Notes under the pieces: model-generated
What the model was told of the DNA's origin: nothing
The model's database searches: none
Seen by the model: only the letters and a program-made list of their open reading frames with translations
IMG/VR virus record: IMGVR_UViG_3300030085_004825
Location: 32,001-96,000 of that record
Source: a virus
DNA length: 64,000 nt
Direction: 5' to 3' (one strand)
Part shown: piece after piece, positions 29,164 through 37,555 of the stretch
Numbering within the stretch: position 1 is the stretch's first letter
Layout of the letters: every line of letters begins with the position of its first letter
Translations under genes and position numbers: made by a program

Positions 29164-29646
29164 ATGGCTGAACCTAGTAAACCTACTTTATATAATCATA
29201 GATTTAGAGCTAGCAAATTAGATAGTTTTGCTTTAAAAGATACTCCTATACCAACTGCATCTAAAGCCATATTTGCTGAAAGTGGAGATGGCAATTTTAG
29301 TGGTAATTTTACAGGTAATGGGTCAGGTTTAACTAACTTACAAAGACCTATTTCAAATTCTATTTCAACCCATTTTACAGCAAGCAATTTAAATGCAGGG
29401 TTTTATTTTAGAGTAGGTGGAAATGTGACTTGTTCTATTCAATCTTCTTCATTAGTAACTTGTGATGTAGGAAATGAATTTAAACTTTTTCAAACCTCAT
29501 CAGCAGGGCAAACTTTAATTTTAACAGGTAGTGGTGTAACTTTAAATTCTAAAAATGGTAATATTAATCTTAATGGTCAATTTTCTTTAGCAACTTTAAA
29601 AAAAGTTGGAAACGATGAGTGGGATTTAACAGGAGATATAAAATAG
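29164..29646 (+). CDS. Short fibre-like structural protein
   Basis: F.GNGSGLTNL fibre motif; C-terminal GQFSLATLKKVG.DEW.LTGD domain. Confidence 0.65.
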   Translation: MAEPSKPTLYNHRFRASKLDSFALKDTPIPTASKAIFAESGDGNFSGNFTGNGSGLTNLQRPISNSISTHFTASNLNAGFYFRVGGNVTCSIQSSSLVTCDVGNEFKLFQTSSAGQTLILTGSGVTLNSKNGNINLNGQFSLATLKKVGNDEWDLTGDIK

Positions 29647-29703
29647 AAAATTGGAATATCAAAAAATTTTACGTATTATAAAATAAACAAATAAAAATAA
29701 ATT

Positions 29704-29976
29704 ATGGCAATAGTTACAAATCAAAAAGAAAAAGTTTTTTTAACAGAGGAAGAACTTAAAACATTAAGAGATATTCAATCCCAAACTAAGGGAATAATTT
29801 TAGAATTAGGAGAAATCCAAGTAATGAAACTTCAATTAGAAACTAGAGAAAAAAATGCTAAATCTATTTTTGAACAAACTCTTAAAAAAGAAAATGATTT
29901 TACCCAACTCCTTTTAAAAACCTATGGTACTAGTGAATTAAACCCAGAAACTGGGGAAATTATTAAAAGTGTTTAA
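29704..29976 (+). CDS. Small coiled-coil protein
   Basis: 90 aa ending YG..ELNPETGEI; preceded by TTG(29651)-N20-TATTAT. Confidence 0.65.
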   Translation: MAIVTNQKEKVFLTEEELKTLRDIQSQTKGIILELGEIQVMKLQLETREKNAKSIFEQTLKKENDFTQLLLKTYGTSELNPETGEIIKSV

Positions 29977-30012
29977 TTTAATTATATTTATAACAAAACT
30001 TAATAAAATAAT

Positions 30013-32211
30013 ATGTCTGAAATTATTATTTCTCCTGGAGTAGACGTAACAGAAAATGATCAAACTTTTAATTTTCAACAACCTGCTCAAGCTGATGTTG
30101 CTATTATAGGCCCTACAGTAAGGGGAAAAATTAATATTCCTACTATAGTTACTTCATATGAAGATTATATACAAAAATATGGTGATGATTTTTTAAGTGG
30201 GAGTAGTAATTATAACTATTTTACTTCTTTAGCAACGTATAACTTTTTTCAGAATTTAGGAGATGCACCTGGATCAGTCTTAATAACTCGTGTTGTAAGT
30301 GGTAGTACAGTAACAGATTGGACTCCTGCTACATCTTCTAGAATAGAAACTTCTTTTACAGAAATACAAGCTTCAGCAAGTGTTCCTTTTACACCATTTT
30401 TTCCATCATCATCATTTTTTATTTCCCAAGGTGCTTCTTCTGATAATCTTACAGGAACTTTTTCAATAAATGGTATAACTTTAGTTATTACAGGTAGTGC
30501 TCATAATTCTTCTTATAGTGGAAACTTTACTAATACTTCTACTTTAATATATGTCCCTTCAGGTTCAAATGTTGCTAATACGGTAATCTCAGCTTCAGAA
30601 CATTTAGCTGCTAGTAGTTCTTTACCAGCTTATAGTTCTTCTTTAGGAAATATATCATCCTCAGCAGACACAAATAATTTATTATTAACATATATTGGAC
30701 AAAACTCTGCAGGTATAGGAAATAACCAAGTATTTACTTCAGGAAGTACTGCTAGTGGTAACATTACATATACTTTTTCAGGTGGTGTAAATACAGAAGC
30801 ATTTGTGCTAGAAACTATATCTGAGGGAGAAATAATGAATAGTGAGGGTCCTACAGGACCAGATGGTACTTTATTAAGTGGGTCTGAAAATAATTACAGA
30901 TACCAAATAACATCTCCAAATGTAGAAGATGGGACTTTTAATTTACTTATTAGAAAAGGTAATGATACTACAACTTTTCCTTCTGTATTACACACAATAG
31001 GTCCTATTTCATTAGATCCTAATTCTTCAAATTATATTGAAAAAGTAATAGGAAACCAAATTCATACTTTAACCCAAGATAGTACAACAAGTGAGTATTT
31101 CATTCAAACCACAGGCAATTACCCTAACAGATACCCTACTATTAGAGTTAAACAAGTAAATGCTACTACTGTAGATTATTTTAATAATGATGGAACTGTA
31201 AAATCTGAATATACAAGTTCAATGCCTCTTACTCAAAGTGGGGTATTTGGAGGAGCTTTAGGAAATAATATACCAACAAATGCTGCTGGTAACTATTATG
31301 AAAATATTACTGATTCAAACATTCAAGGTCTTTCTCCTAGTAACTATTCTGAATCTATTTCTTTATTATCTAATAAAGATGCTTATAGATATAACACTAT
31401 AATCACTCCTGGATTAATAGCTGATCCTAATTTTTACCCTAATAGTAATATTATTGTTTCTCAATTAATATCTATGGTAGAAAATAGAGGAGATTGTATG
31501 GCTATAATAGATATTTCTAAATACAATGAAAACACTGGCCAGATAATAGCTAATGCTCAAACTAGAAATACTTCATATGCTGCTACTTATTGGCCTTGGG
31601 TGCAAACACCTCTTCCTAATAATCTTTCTACTTTAGTATGGGCTCCTACATCTACTTTTATCCCTGGAGTATATGCCTTTAATGACTCAAATGGTTACCC
31701 TTGGCTTGCCCCTGCAGGCATAAATAGAGGAATTATTAGTAATGCTACTCAAACTGAAAAAGTATTAACTCAAGGTATTAGAGATACATTATATCAAAAT
31801 AGAATTAATCCTGTGACTACTTTTATAACTCCTCAAGGGAATTCTATTGTTGTATTTGGACAAAAAACTTTACAAAAACGTAATACTTCTTTAACACGTA
31901 TTAATGTAAGACGTTTGTTAATTAATTTAAAAAATTACATATCTCGGGTAGCAAATGAATTTGTTTTTGAACAAAATACCCCTGAAACTAGAGAAGATTT
32001 TCTTTCTCAAATTAATCCTTATTTATCTCTTGTCCAACAACAAGAAGGTTTAACAGCTTTTGAAGTAATAATGGATGAAACAAACAATACCCCAGAAATT
32101 ATAGATAACAATAAATTAGTAGGTCAAATTTACATTCAACCTACACGAACAGCTGAATTTATTTTATTAGATTTTAATATCTTACCAACAGGAGCAGAAT
32201 TTCCTAGTTAA
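30013..32211 (+). CDS. Tail sheath protein 1 (T4 gp18-like)
   Basis: ISPGV...E.D, PWLAPAGINRG, RINVRRLL, FVFEQN, IQPTRTAEFI. Confidence 0.95.
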   Translation: MSEIIISPGVDVTENDQTFNFQQPAQADVAIIGPTVRGKINIPTIVTSYEDYIQKYGDDFLSGSSNYNYFTSLATYNFFQNLGDAPGSVLITRVVSGSTVTDWTPATSSRIETSFTEIQASASVPFTPFFPSSSFFISQGASSDNLTGTFSINGITLVITGSAHNSSYSGNFTNTSTLIYVPSGSNVANTVISASEHLAASSSLPAYSSSLGNISSSADTNNLLLTYIGQNSAGIGNNQVFTSGSTASGNITYTFSGGVNTEAFVLETISEGEIMNSEGPTGPDGTLLSGSENNYRYQITSPNVEDGTFNLLIRKGNDTTTFPSVLHTIGPISLDPNSSNYIEKVIGNQIHTLTQDSTTSEYFIQTTGNYPNRYPTIRVKQVNATTVDYFNNDGTVKSEYTSSMPLTQSGVFGGALGNNIPTNAAGNYYENITDSNIQGLSPSNYSESISLLSNKDAYRYNTIITPGLIADPNFYPNSNIIVSQLISMVENRGDCMAIIDISKYNENTGQIIANAQTRNTSYAATYWPWVQTPLPNNLSTLVWAPTSTFIPGVYAFNDSNGYPWLAPAGINRGIISNATQTEKVLTQGIRDTLYQNRINPVTTFITPQGNSIVVFGQKTLQKRNTSLTRINVRRLLINLKNYISRVANEFVFEQNTPETREDFLSQINPYLSLVQQQEGLTAFEVIMDETNNTPEIIDNNKLVGQIYIQPTRTAEFILLDFNILPTGAEFPS

Positions 32212-32258
32212 CTAGTAACTTTTAACAAAAAAACTAATATTTATAATAAAAATATAAA

Positions 32259-34232
32259 ATGGCAAATTTCACACCCTCACCAGGAGTAACCCTTAATGAA
32301 CTAGACCAGACGTTTCTTACTAGCCAACCTATCCAAGCAGGTGCAGCTATTATAGGCCCTACAGTAAAAGGACCTAATGAATTACCTACTTTAGTAACCT
32401 CTTATTCAGAATATCAAACTACATTTGGAGATATTTTTATTAGTGGTGGTAATTCTCACTCATATTTAACATCTATAGCAGCTTATAATTATTTTAATTA
32501 TGGTGGTGAATCACTTTTAGTTACTCGAGTAACAAGTGGTTCTTTTTCTAGTGCTACATCAAATGTCCCCTCAGGTGCAGAATCTGGTATATTATCTACA
32601 AATGCAGATGCTTTATTATCTTCATTTACTAGCGTAAGTGCCTCAGCAGGTACATATACTAGTTTAGGAACCACAGGTAGTATATCAGGTACAGGAGCAG
32701 TATTATCTGTTACTTTAGATACTACTTCTTCGATAAGTTCAGTTACTGTAACCTCAGGAGGATCAGGATATGCAATTGGAGAAACTTTATCAGTAACAGG
32801 AAGTTTAATTACAGGAGGAGTAACAGATTTAATATTTACTTTAAATGCTGGTGATATTGTTAACCAAAATGTATTTACTTTAGAAACAATAAGTGAAGGT
32901 GTTATTATGAACAATGGAACCCTAGAAACAGGAGGCACACTATCTTCAGGATCAAAAGATAATATAAGATGGGAAGTTACTCAAGTAAATACTGGGTCTG
33001 GTAATTTTAATTTAATTGTAAGAAGGGGGGATGATAATACTACTAACAAAGTTATTCTTGAATCATATAATGGAATTAATTTAGATCCTGAATCTCCAAG
33101 ATTTATTTCTAAAATAATAGGAGACCAGAAATTAGCCTATAATGCTACAACTAACCAAATGGAGACAACAGGTAACTACCCTAACAGGTCCCGATTTGTT
33201 CGTGTAAAAAGTGTAAATTCTTTAACCCCCAATTATCTAAACTCCCTTGGAGAAATTTCAGATTCTTCTTTTACTAGTAAGTTACCTTTAGTAGGTAGTG
33301 GATCTTTTGCTAATGGTGTAGGTGATGTAAATACTACAATAAATTTATATGATGCTATAAACACTAATACTCAAGGATTAGCAGGTAGTGATTATGATAA
33401 CATGATAAACTTACATGGAAATCGTGAAGCTTACCAATTTAATCTTTTATTTACTCCTGGATTATTAAATGATACTCATCCAACCCAAATAACAAACATT
33501 ATTTCTAAAACTCAAGAAAGGGGAGATAATATGTTTGTTTTAGATTTAACAAAATATGACGGTAATTTAGCTGATGCTATAGGAGAAGCCCAAGGAAAAG
33601 ATACTTCATATGCTGCTACTTATTGGCCATGGGTTCGTATAATTGACCCCACAACTGGAAAACATATATGGTCACCAGCTTCAACTTTAATTCCTGGTGT
33701 ATATGCATTTAATGATAAAGTAGCTGCCCCATGGTTTGCCCCAGCAGGTATAAACAGAGGAGGATTATCTAGTGTTCTACAAGCTAAATTTAAATTAACT
33801 CAAGGTAACAAAAATGACTTGTATGAAAATAACATTAACCCAATTGCTACATTCCCTAAACAAGGAGTAGTTGTATTTGGACAAAAAACACTTCAAAAAC
33901 AAGCATCCGCTTTAGATAGAGTTAATGTGCGACGTTTAATGATTGAATTAAAAAATTATATCCGTCAAATAGCAGACACAGTAGTATTTGAACAAAATAC
34001 TTTAGAAACTAGAGGATCTTTTCTTTCTAGAGTAAATCCATATTTAGATGGTATCCAACAAAAACAAGGACTACATGCTTATAAAGTAGTAATGGATGAA
34101 ACAAATAATGGCCCTGCTGTTATTGATCAAAACCAATTAGTAGGTCAAATTTACATTCAACCTACACGAACAGCTGAATTCATTTCTTTAGATTTTATTT
34201 TATTACCAACAGGAGCAGAATTCCCAGCATAA
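32259..34232 (+). CDS. Tail sheath protein 2 (T4 gp18-like)
   Basis: SPGV..NE.D, PWFAPAGINRG, DRVNVRRL, IQPTRTAEFI. Confidence 0.95.
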   Translation: MANFTPSPGVTLNELDQTFLTSQPIQAGAAIIGPTVKGPNELPTLVTSYSEYQTTFGDIFISGGNSHSYLTSIAAYNYFNYGGESLLVTRVTSGSFSSATSNVPSGAESGILSTNADALLSSFTSVSASAGTYTSLGTTGSISGTGAVLSVTLDTTSSISSVTVTSGGSGYAIGETLSVTGSLITGGVTDLIFTLNAGDIVNQNVFTLETISEGVIMNNGTLETGGTLSSGSKDNIRWEVTQVNTGSGNFNLIVRRGDDNTTNKVILESYNGINLDPESPRFISKIIGDQKLAYNATTNQMETTGNYPNRSRFVRVKSVNSLTPNYLNSLGEISDSSFTSKLPLVGSGSFANGVGDVNTTINLYDAINTNTQGLAGSDYDNMINLHGNREAYQFNLLFTPGLLNDTHPTQITNIISKTQERGDNMFVLDLTKYDGNLADAIGEAQGKDTSYAATYWPWVRIIDPTTGKHIWSPASTLIPGVYAFNDKVAAPWFAPAGINRGGLSSVLQAKFKLTQGNKNDLYENNINPIATFPKQGVVVFGQKTLQKQASALDRVNVRRLMIELKNYIRQIADTVVFEQNTLETRGSFLSRVNPYLDGIQQKQGLHAYKVVMDETNNGPAVIDQNQLVGQIYIQPTRTAEFISLDFILLPTGAEFPA

Positions 34233-34280
34233 AAAAATAAAAAAATAATATTTATAATTAGAACATAAAACTAACCCAAA

Positions 34281-34772
34281 ATGCCCATTTTAGATAATAA
34301 CCAAATATTTTATACAACGTTTGAACCTAAACAAACAAATCGTTTTTATTTAAGTTTAATACCTGGTATTCCTGCTTACTTAGTAAAAGGAGTAGGTGCC
34401 ATATCTCTTACACAAAACGCTGTAGCACTTAACCATATTAACCTACAACGTTATGTAAAAGGTAAAACTATTTGGAATACTATTTCATTTACTCTATATG
34501 ATGCTATTACACCTTCAGGAGCTCAATCAGTAATGGAATGGGTTCGTTTAGGGCATGAATCAGTAACAGGTAGAGATGGTTATTCAGATTTTTATAAAAA
34601 AGATCTTACTTTTAACGTAGTAGGACCTGTAGGTGATTATGTTTCTGAATGGGTAATAAAAGGGGCTCAAATCACAGAAACTAGTTTTGGTGATTATAGT
34701 TGGGATGATGATGGAACTCCTGTAAATATAAACGTAACAGTTCAACCTGATTATTGTATATTAAATTACTAA
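34281..34772 (+). CDS. Tail tube protein (T4 gp19-like)
   Basis: FEPKQTNRF, KGKTIW, VMEW, YKKD, EWVIKGA; follows the sheath genes. Confidence 0.9.
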   Translation: MPILDNNQIFYTTFEPKQTNRFYLSLIPGIPAYLVKGVGAISLTQNAVALNHINLQRYVKGKTIWNTISFTLYDAITPSGAQSVMEWVRLGHESVTGRDGYSDFYKKDLTFNVVGPVGDYVSEWVIKGAQITETSFGDYSWDDDGTPVNINVTVQPDYCILNY

Positions 34773-34790
34773 AAATTAAAAATTATTTTT

Positions 34791-34821
34791 AAAAGCTCCA
34801 CTTATGTGGGGCTTTTTTTTT
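34791..34821 (+). terminator. Intrinsic terminator after the tail tube gene
   Basis: AAAAGCTCCAC-TTAT-GTGGGGCTTTT with T9. Confidence 0.88.
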
Positions 34822-34850
34822 GGAATCTAAAGAAAAAATTTGTATATTTA
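34819..34850 (+). promoter_or_regulatory. Bacteroidota sigmaA-type promoter
   Basis: TTTGG formed from the terminator T-tract; TTG-N20-TATATTTA(34843). Confidence 0.72.
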
Positions 34851-34865
34851 AGAAAATTAAAGGTT

Positions 34866-36074
34866 ATGCAAAATACATTAAATTTATTCTTTTTATTAGT
34901 TTATAATATTATATGGTCTCAATGTCCTTATTTAGGACCTGATCAAGTATTACCAACAAATACACAATTAACAACATTATTTGCTGATACAAGCAATTGT
35001 ATTGAATATCCTAAAAAAATCATTGATTATAATGTATATGAAATACCATATACACAAATAGAAAATAATGGAATTGAAGTTTACGTTTGGAACCACACAG
35101 ATGCTATAAATATAGGCTTTGATTTTACTTTTTATGAAAACACATATTCAGAATTTTACATATACCGAAAAGGTAGAATTGGATTTTCCCAACCAAATAA
35201 TTCAGGGTTTGAAACTGATGATCCCATTCCTTGGGCTAATATGTACTCTCCTAAAAATTCTATTTTAATAACTGGACGTTATGGTGATACTCAAGATGGG
35301 GGTTCTTTTAAATATGAAACTCAAGGTAGTGCCCCATATAGAAAATGTATTATTTCTTACGATGTACCCTATTATACTAATCAATGGTTATGTCCCGAAA
35401 TATTTAAATTTCATATTATATTATATGAAACAACAAACATAATAGAGCATTTTATAGATTCTAAACCCTTTGAATGTTCAAATTTAGGTAGTATACAAGG
35501 AATACAAAATATTAATGGAACTATAGCAACCACAGTACCAGGTAGAAATGGTGAATTATTTGAGGCATATGAAGAAGCATGGAGATTTGCACCACAAGAA
35601 ATAAAATATTATCCTGAACTAGAATGGTATGAAGTAGGTAACCCTAATATATTAGAAACAGGTGAAGAAATAGAAGTAACACCAACAATAAATGGCACTT
35701 ATTATACATGTCATCCTAAATATGAAAATGGATATATTACACCTAACCTTGATACTATATTTATACAATTAACTCCACCTCATAATATTGTTTCACCTAT
35801 TGAAGAAGAATTAACTATTGAAAGTTATTATATACCTAATGCTTTTACACCTAATGGAGATGAATATAATAATTCATGGGGGCCTGTTTTTTCACCTAGA
35901 TTTGAAATAAAAAACTATCATTTAGAAATTTATAATAAATGGGGAAATAAAATTTGGGAATCATATAATCCTAATATAAAATGGAGTGGTACTAATTATT
36001 TAGAAAATATTTATATTTGGAAAATAGATTTAAACGAAAAAAGTTTTTACGGGCATGTAACACTTATTAAATAG
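34866..36074 (+). CDS. Exported protein with T9SS type B (gliding motility-associated/CHU_C-like) C-terminal domain
   Basis: ATG 34866 lies downstream of the promoter; signal peptide ...IIWS/QCP; C-terminal YIPNAFTPNGD..N...IYNKWG..IWES...W.G...Y.WKI...GHVTLIK. Confidence 0.85.
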   Translation: MQNTLNLFFLLVYNIIWSQCPYLGPDQVLPTNTQLTTLFADTSNCIEYPKKIIDYNVYEIPYTQIENNGIEVYVWNHTDAINIGFDFTFYENTYSEFYIYRKGRIGFSQPNNSGFETDDPIPWANMYSPKNSILITGRYGDTQDGGSFKYETQGSAPYRKCIISYDVPYYTNQWLCPEIFKFHIILYETTNIIEHFIDSKPFECSNLGSIQGIQNINGTIATTVPGRNGELFEAYEEAWRFAPQEIKYYPELEWYEVGNPNILETGEEIEVTPTINGTYYTCHPKYENGYITPNLDTIFIQLTPPHNIVSPIEEELTIESYYIPNAFTPNGDEYNNSWGPVFSPRFEIKNYHLEIYNKWGNKIWESYNPNIKWSGTNYLENIYIWKIDLNEKSFYGHVTLIK

Positions 36075-36093
36075 TAATATATTTATAACATAT

Positions 36094-36465
36094 ATGAAAA
36101 TAGAAAATCTACGTACATTAGTAAAAGAAGAGTTAGAAAAAACTCTAAACGAAGACTATCAAGATAAATTTAAAATGGTAGGTACTTTAATTACTAATAT
36201 TAAAGAACGCCCCCAAAAAGAAATTTATTCTGATATTAGAGCCATCCCTGGTATAACAGTAATATCTTCCACAGAACCCTTAGAATATAGTGAACAAGAT
36301 AAAACTAAATTTAAAACCATCCTTTCGGTTAAAGTAGATGGTTATCCTTGGATTACAAAAGGTGGATTTAATAGAGAAAAATTAAAAGATATAGCCCAAG
36401 ACATAAAACAAGTACCAGGAGTTAAAGCTTTCTTTACAAAGGATGAAAATATTTCTACCCTTTAA
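36094..36465 (+). CDS. Hypothetical protein with shared leader; putative head-internal protein
   Basis: MKIENLRTLVKEELEKTLNE; duplicated IRAIPGI/IKQVPGV; late motif at 36079. Confidence 0.7.
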   Translation: MKIENLRTLVKEELEKTLNEDYQDKFKMVGTLITNIKERPQKEIYSDIRAIPGITVISSTEPLEYSEQDKTKFKTILSVKVDGYPWITKGGFNREKLKDIAQDIKQVPGVKAFFTKDENISTL

Positions 36466-36507
36466 TATATGTATATAAAAACAAATAAAGTTATTTAAAT
36501 AAAAATT

Positions 36508-37236
36508 ATGAGTGAATTTACAATCCCAACAGAAAAGGTTACCTTACCTTCAAAAGGTTTAATTTATCCAACTGATAGCGAATTATCAAAAGGTTATATT
36601 GAAATGAAATATATGACTGCTAAAGAAGAAGATATTCTTCTTAATCAAAGGTATATTAAAGAAGGAATTGCTATTGATAAATTATTACAATCTTTAGTAG
36701 TAACCAAATTTGATTATAATGATTTAATTTTAGGAGATAAAAATGCTATTATGGTAGCTGCTCGTGTTTTAGGTTATGGTGGTGAGTATAAATTTGATTA
36801 TGGTGGTGAAGAACATAATATTGATTTATCTCAAATAGACCCTAAACCTATAGATGAATCATTGTTTGCTGCTGGTAATAATGAATTTGAATATGTTCTT
36901 CCTTTTTCAAAAACTAATATTACTTTTAAAATTTTAACTCATAGAGATGAAACTAAATTGTTAAGAGAATTAGAAGGTCTTAAAAAGATTAATAAAAATA
37001 TCTCATCTGAAATTTCTACTAGAATGAAATATATTATTACATCTGTAGAAAATGATAGAGAAATTAAAACAATTAGAGATTTCGTTGATAAAAAATTATT
37101 AGCTAGAGACTCTCAAGCATTAAGAAAACACCTTAAAGAAATCCAACCAGACATAGATCTGACTTTTTTCCCCTCCTCAGATTCAGAAAGAGTTGCTATC
37201 CCAATCGGGGTTAACTTTTTTTGGCCTGACGTCTAA
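36508..37236 (+). CDS. Tail/baseplate hub assembly chaperone (T4 gp26-like)
   Basis: LPSKGLIY, MTAKEEDIL, GDKNAIMVAAR.LGYG, ends FFWPD; upstream of the tape measure gene. Confidence 0.8.
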   Translation: MSEFTIPTEKVTLPSKGLIYPTDSELSKGYIEMKYMTAKEEDILLNQRYIKEGIAIDKLLQSLVVTKFDYNDLILGDKNAIMVAARVLGYGGEYKFDYGGEEHNIDLSQIDPKPIDESLFAAGNNEFEYVLPFSKTNITFKILTHRDETKLLRELEGLKKINKNISSEISTRMKYIITSVENDREIKTIRDFVDKKLLARDSQALRKHLKEIQPDIDLTFFPSSDSERVAIPIGVNFFWPDV

Positions 37237-37507
37237 TCAACCGGAACAAATTAAAGAATACAGATTTGATTTGTATAGACAAATACATCAAATCTGTTTT
37301 CATGGAAAAGGTGGGTATAGCTGGCCTATAGTATATGCTATGCCCTCTTATTTAAGAAAATTCATCTTTGATGAAATTAAAACTCATTATGAAGAAGAAA
37401 ATAAAGCAAGTTCTTCTTCAAAATCATCTAACACTAAAACCCTCCACCCAGGTTCTAATTCTAAACCTACAAAGCCTATATCTACCCCTAATTTTTCTAA
37501 AGGATAA
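37220..37507 (+). CDS. Frameshift extension of the tail chaperone (lambda gpGT analogue)
   Basis: +1-frame ORF overlapping the chaperone end at a T7 run (37216-22); no ATG until YAMP; IHQICFHGKGGY.W..VYAMP..LR.F. Confidence 0.65.
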   Translation, partial: FGLTSNQPEQIKEYRFDLYRQIHQICFHGKGGYSWPIVYAMPSYLRKFIFDEIKTHYEEENKASSSSKSSNTKTLHPGSNSKPTKPISTPNFSKG

Positions 37508-37555
37508 ATTATAAATAAACTTTTATATTTTTAATATTTATAATAAACCCATTCA

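Noticed and set aside
30013-34232. Identical tracts between the sheath genes as a diversity-generating retroelement TR/VR pair
   Set aside because: Both copies are in conserved coding cores, with no adenine-specific mismatch pattern and no reverse transcriptase in the window.
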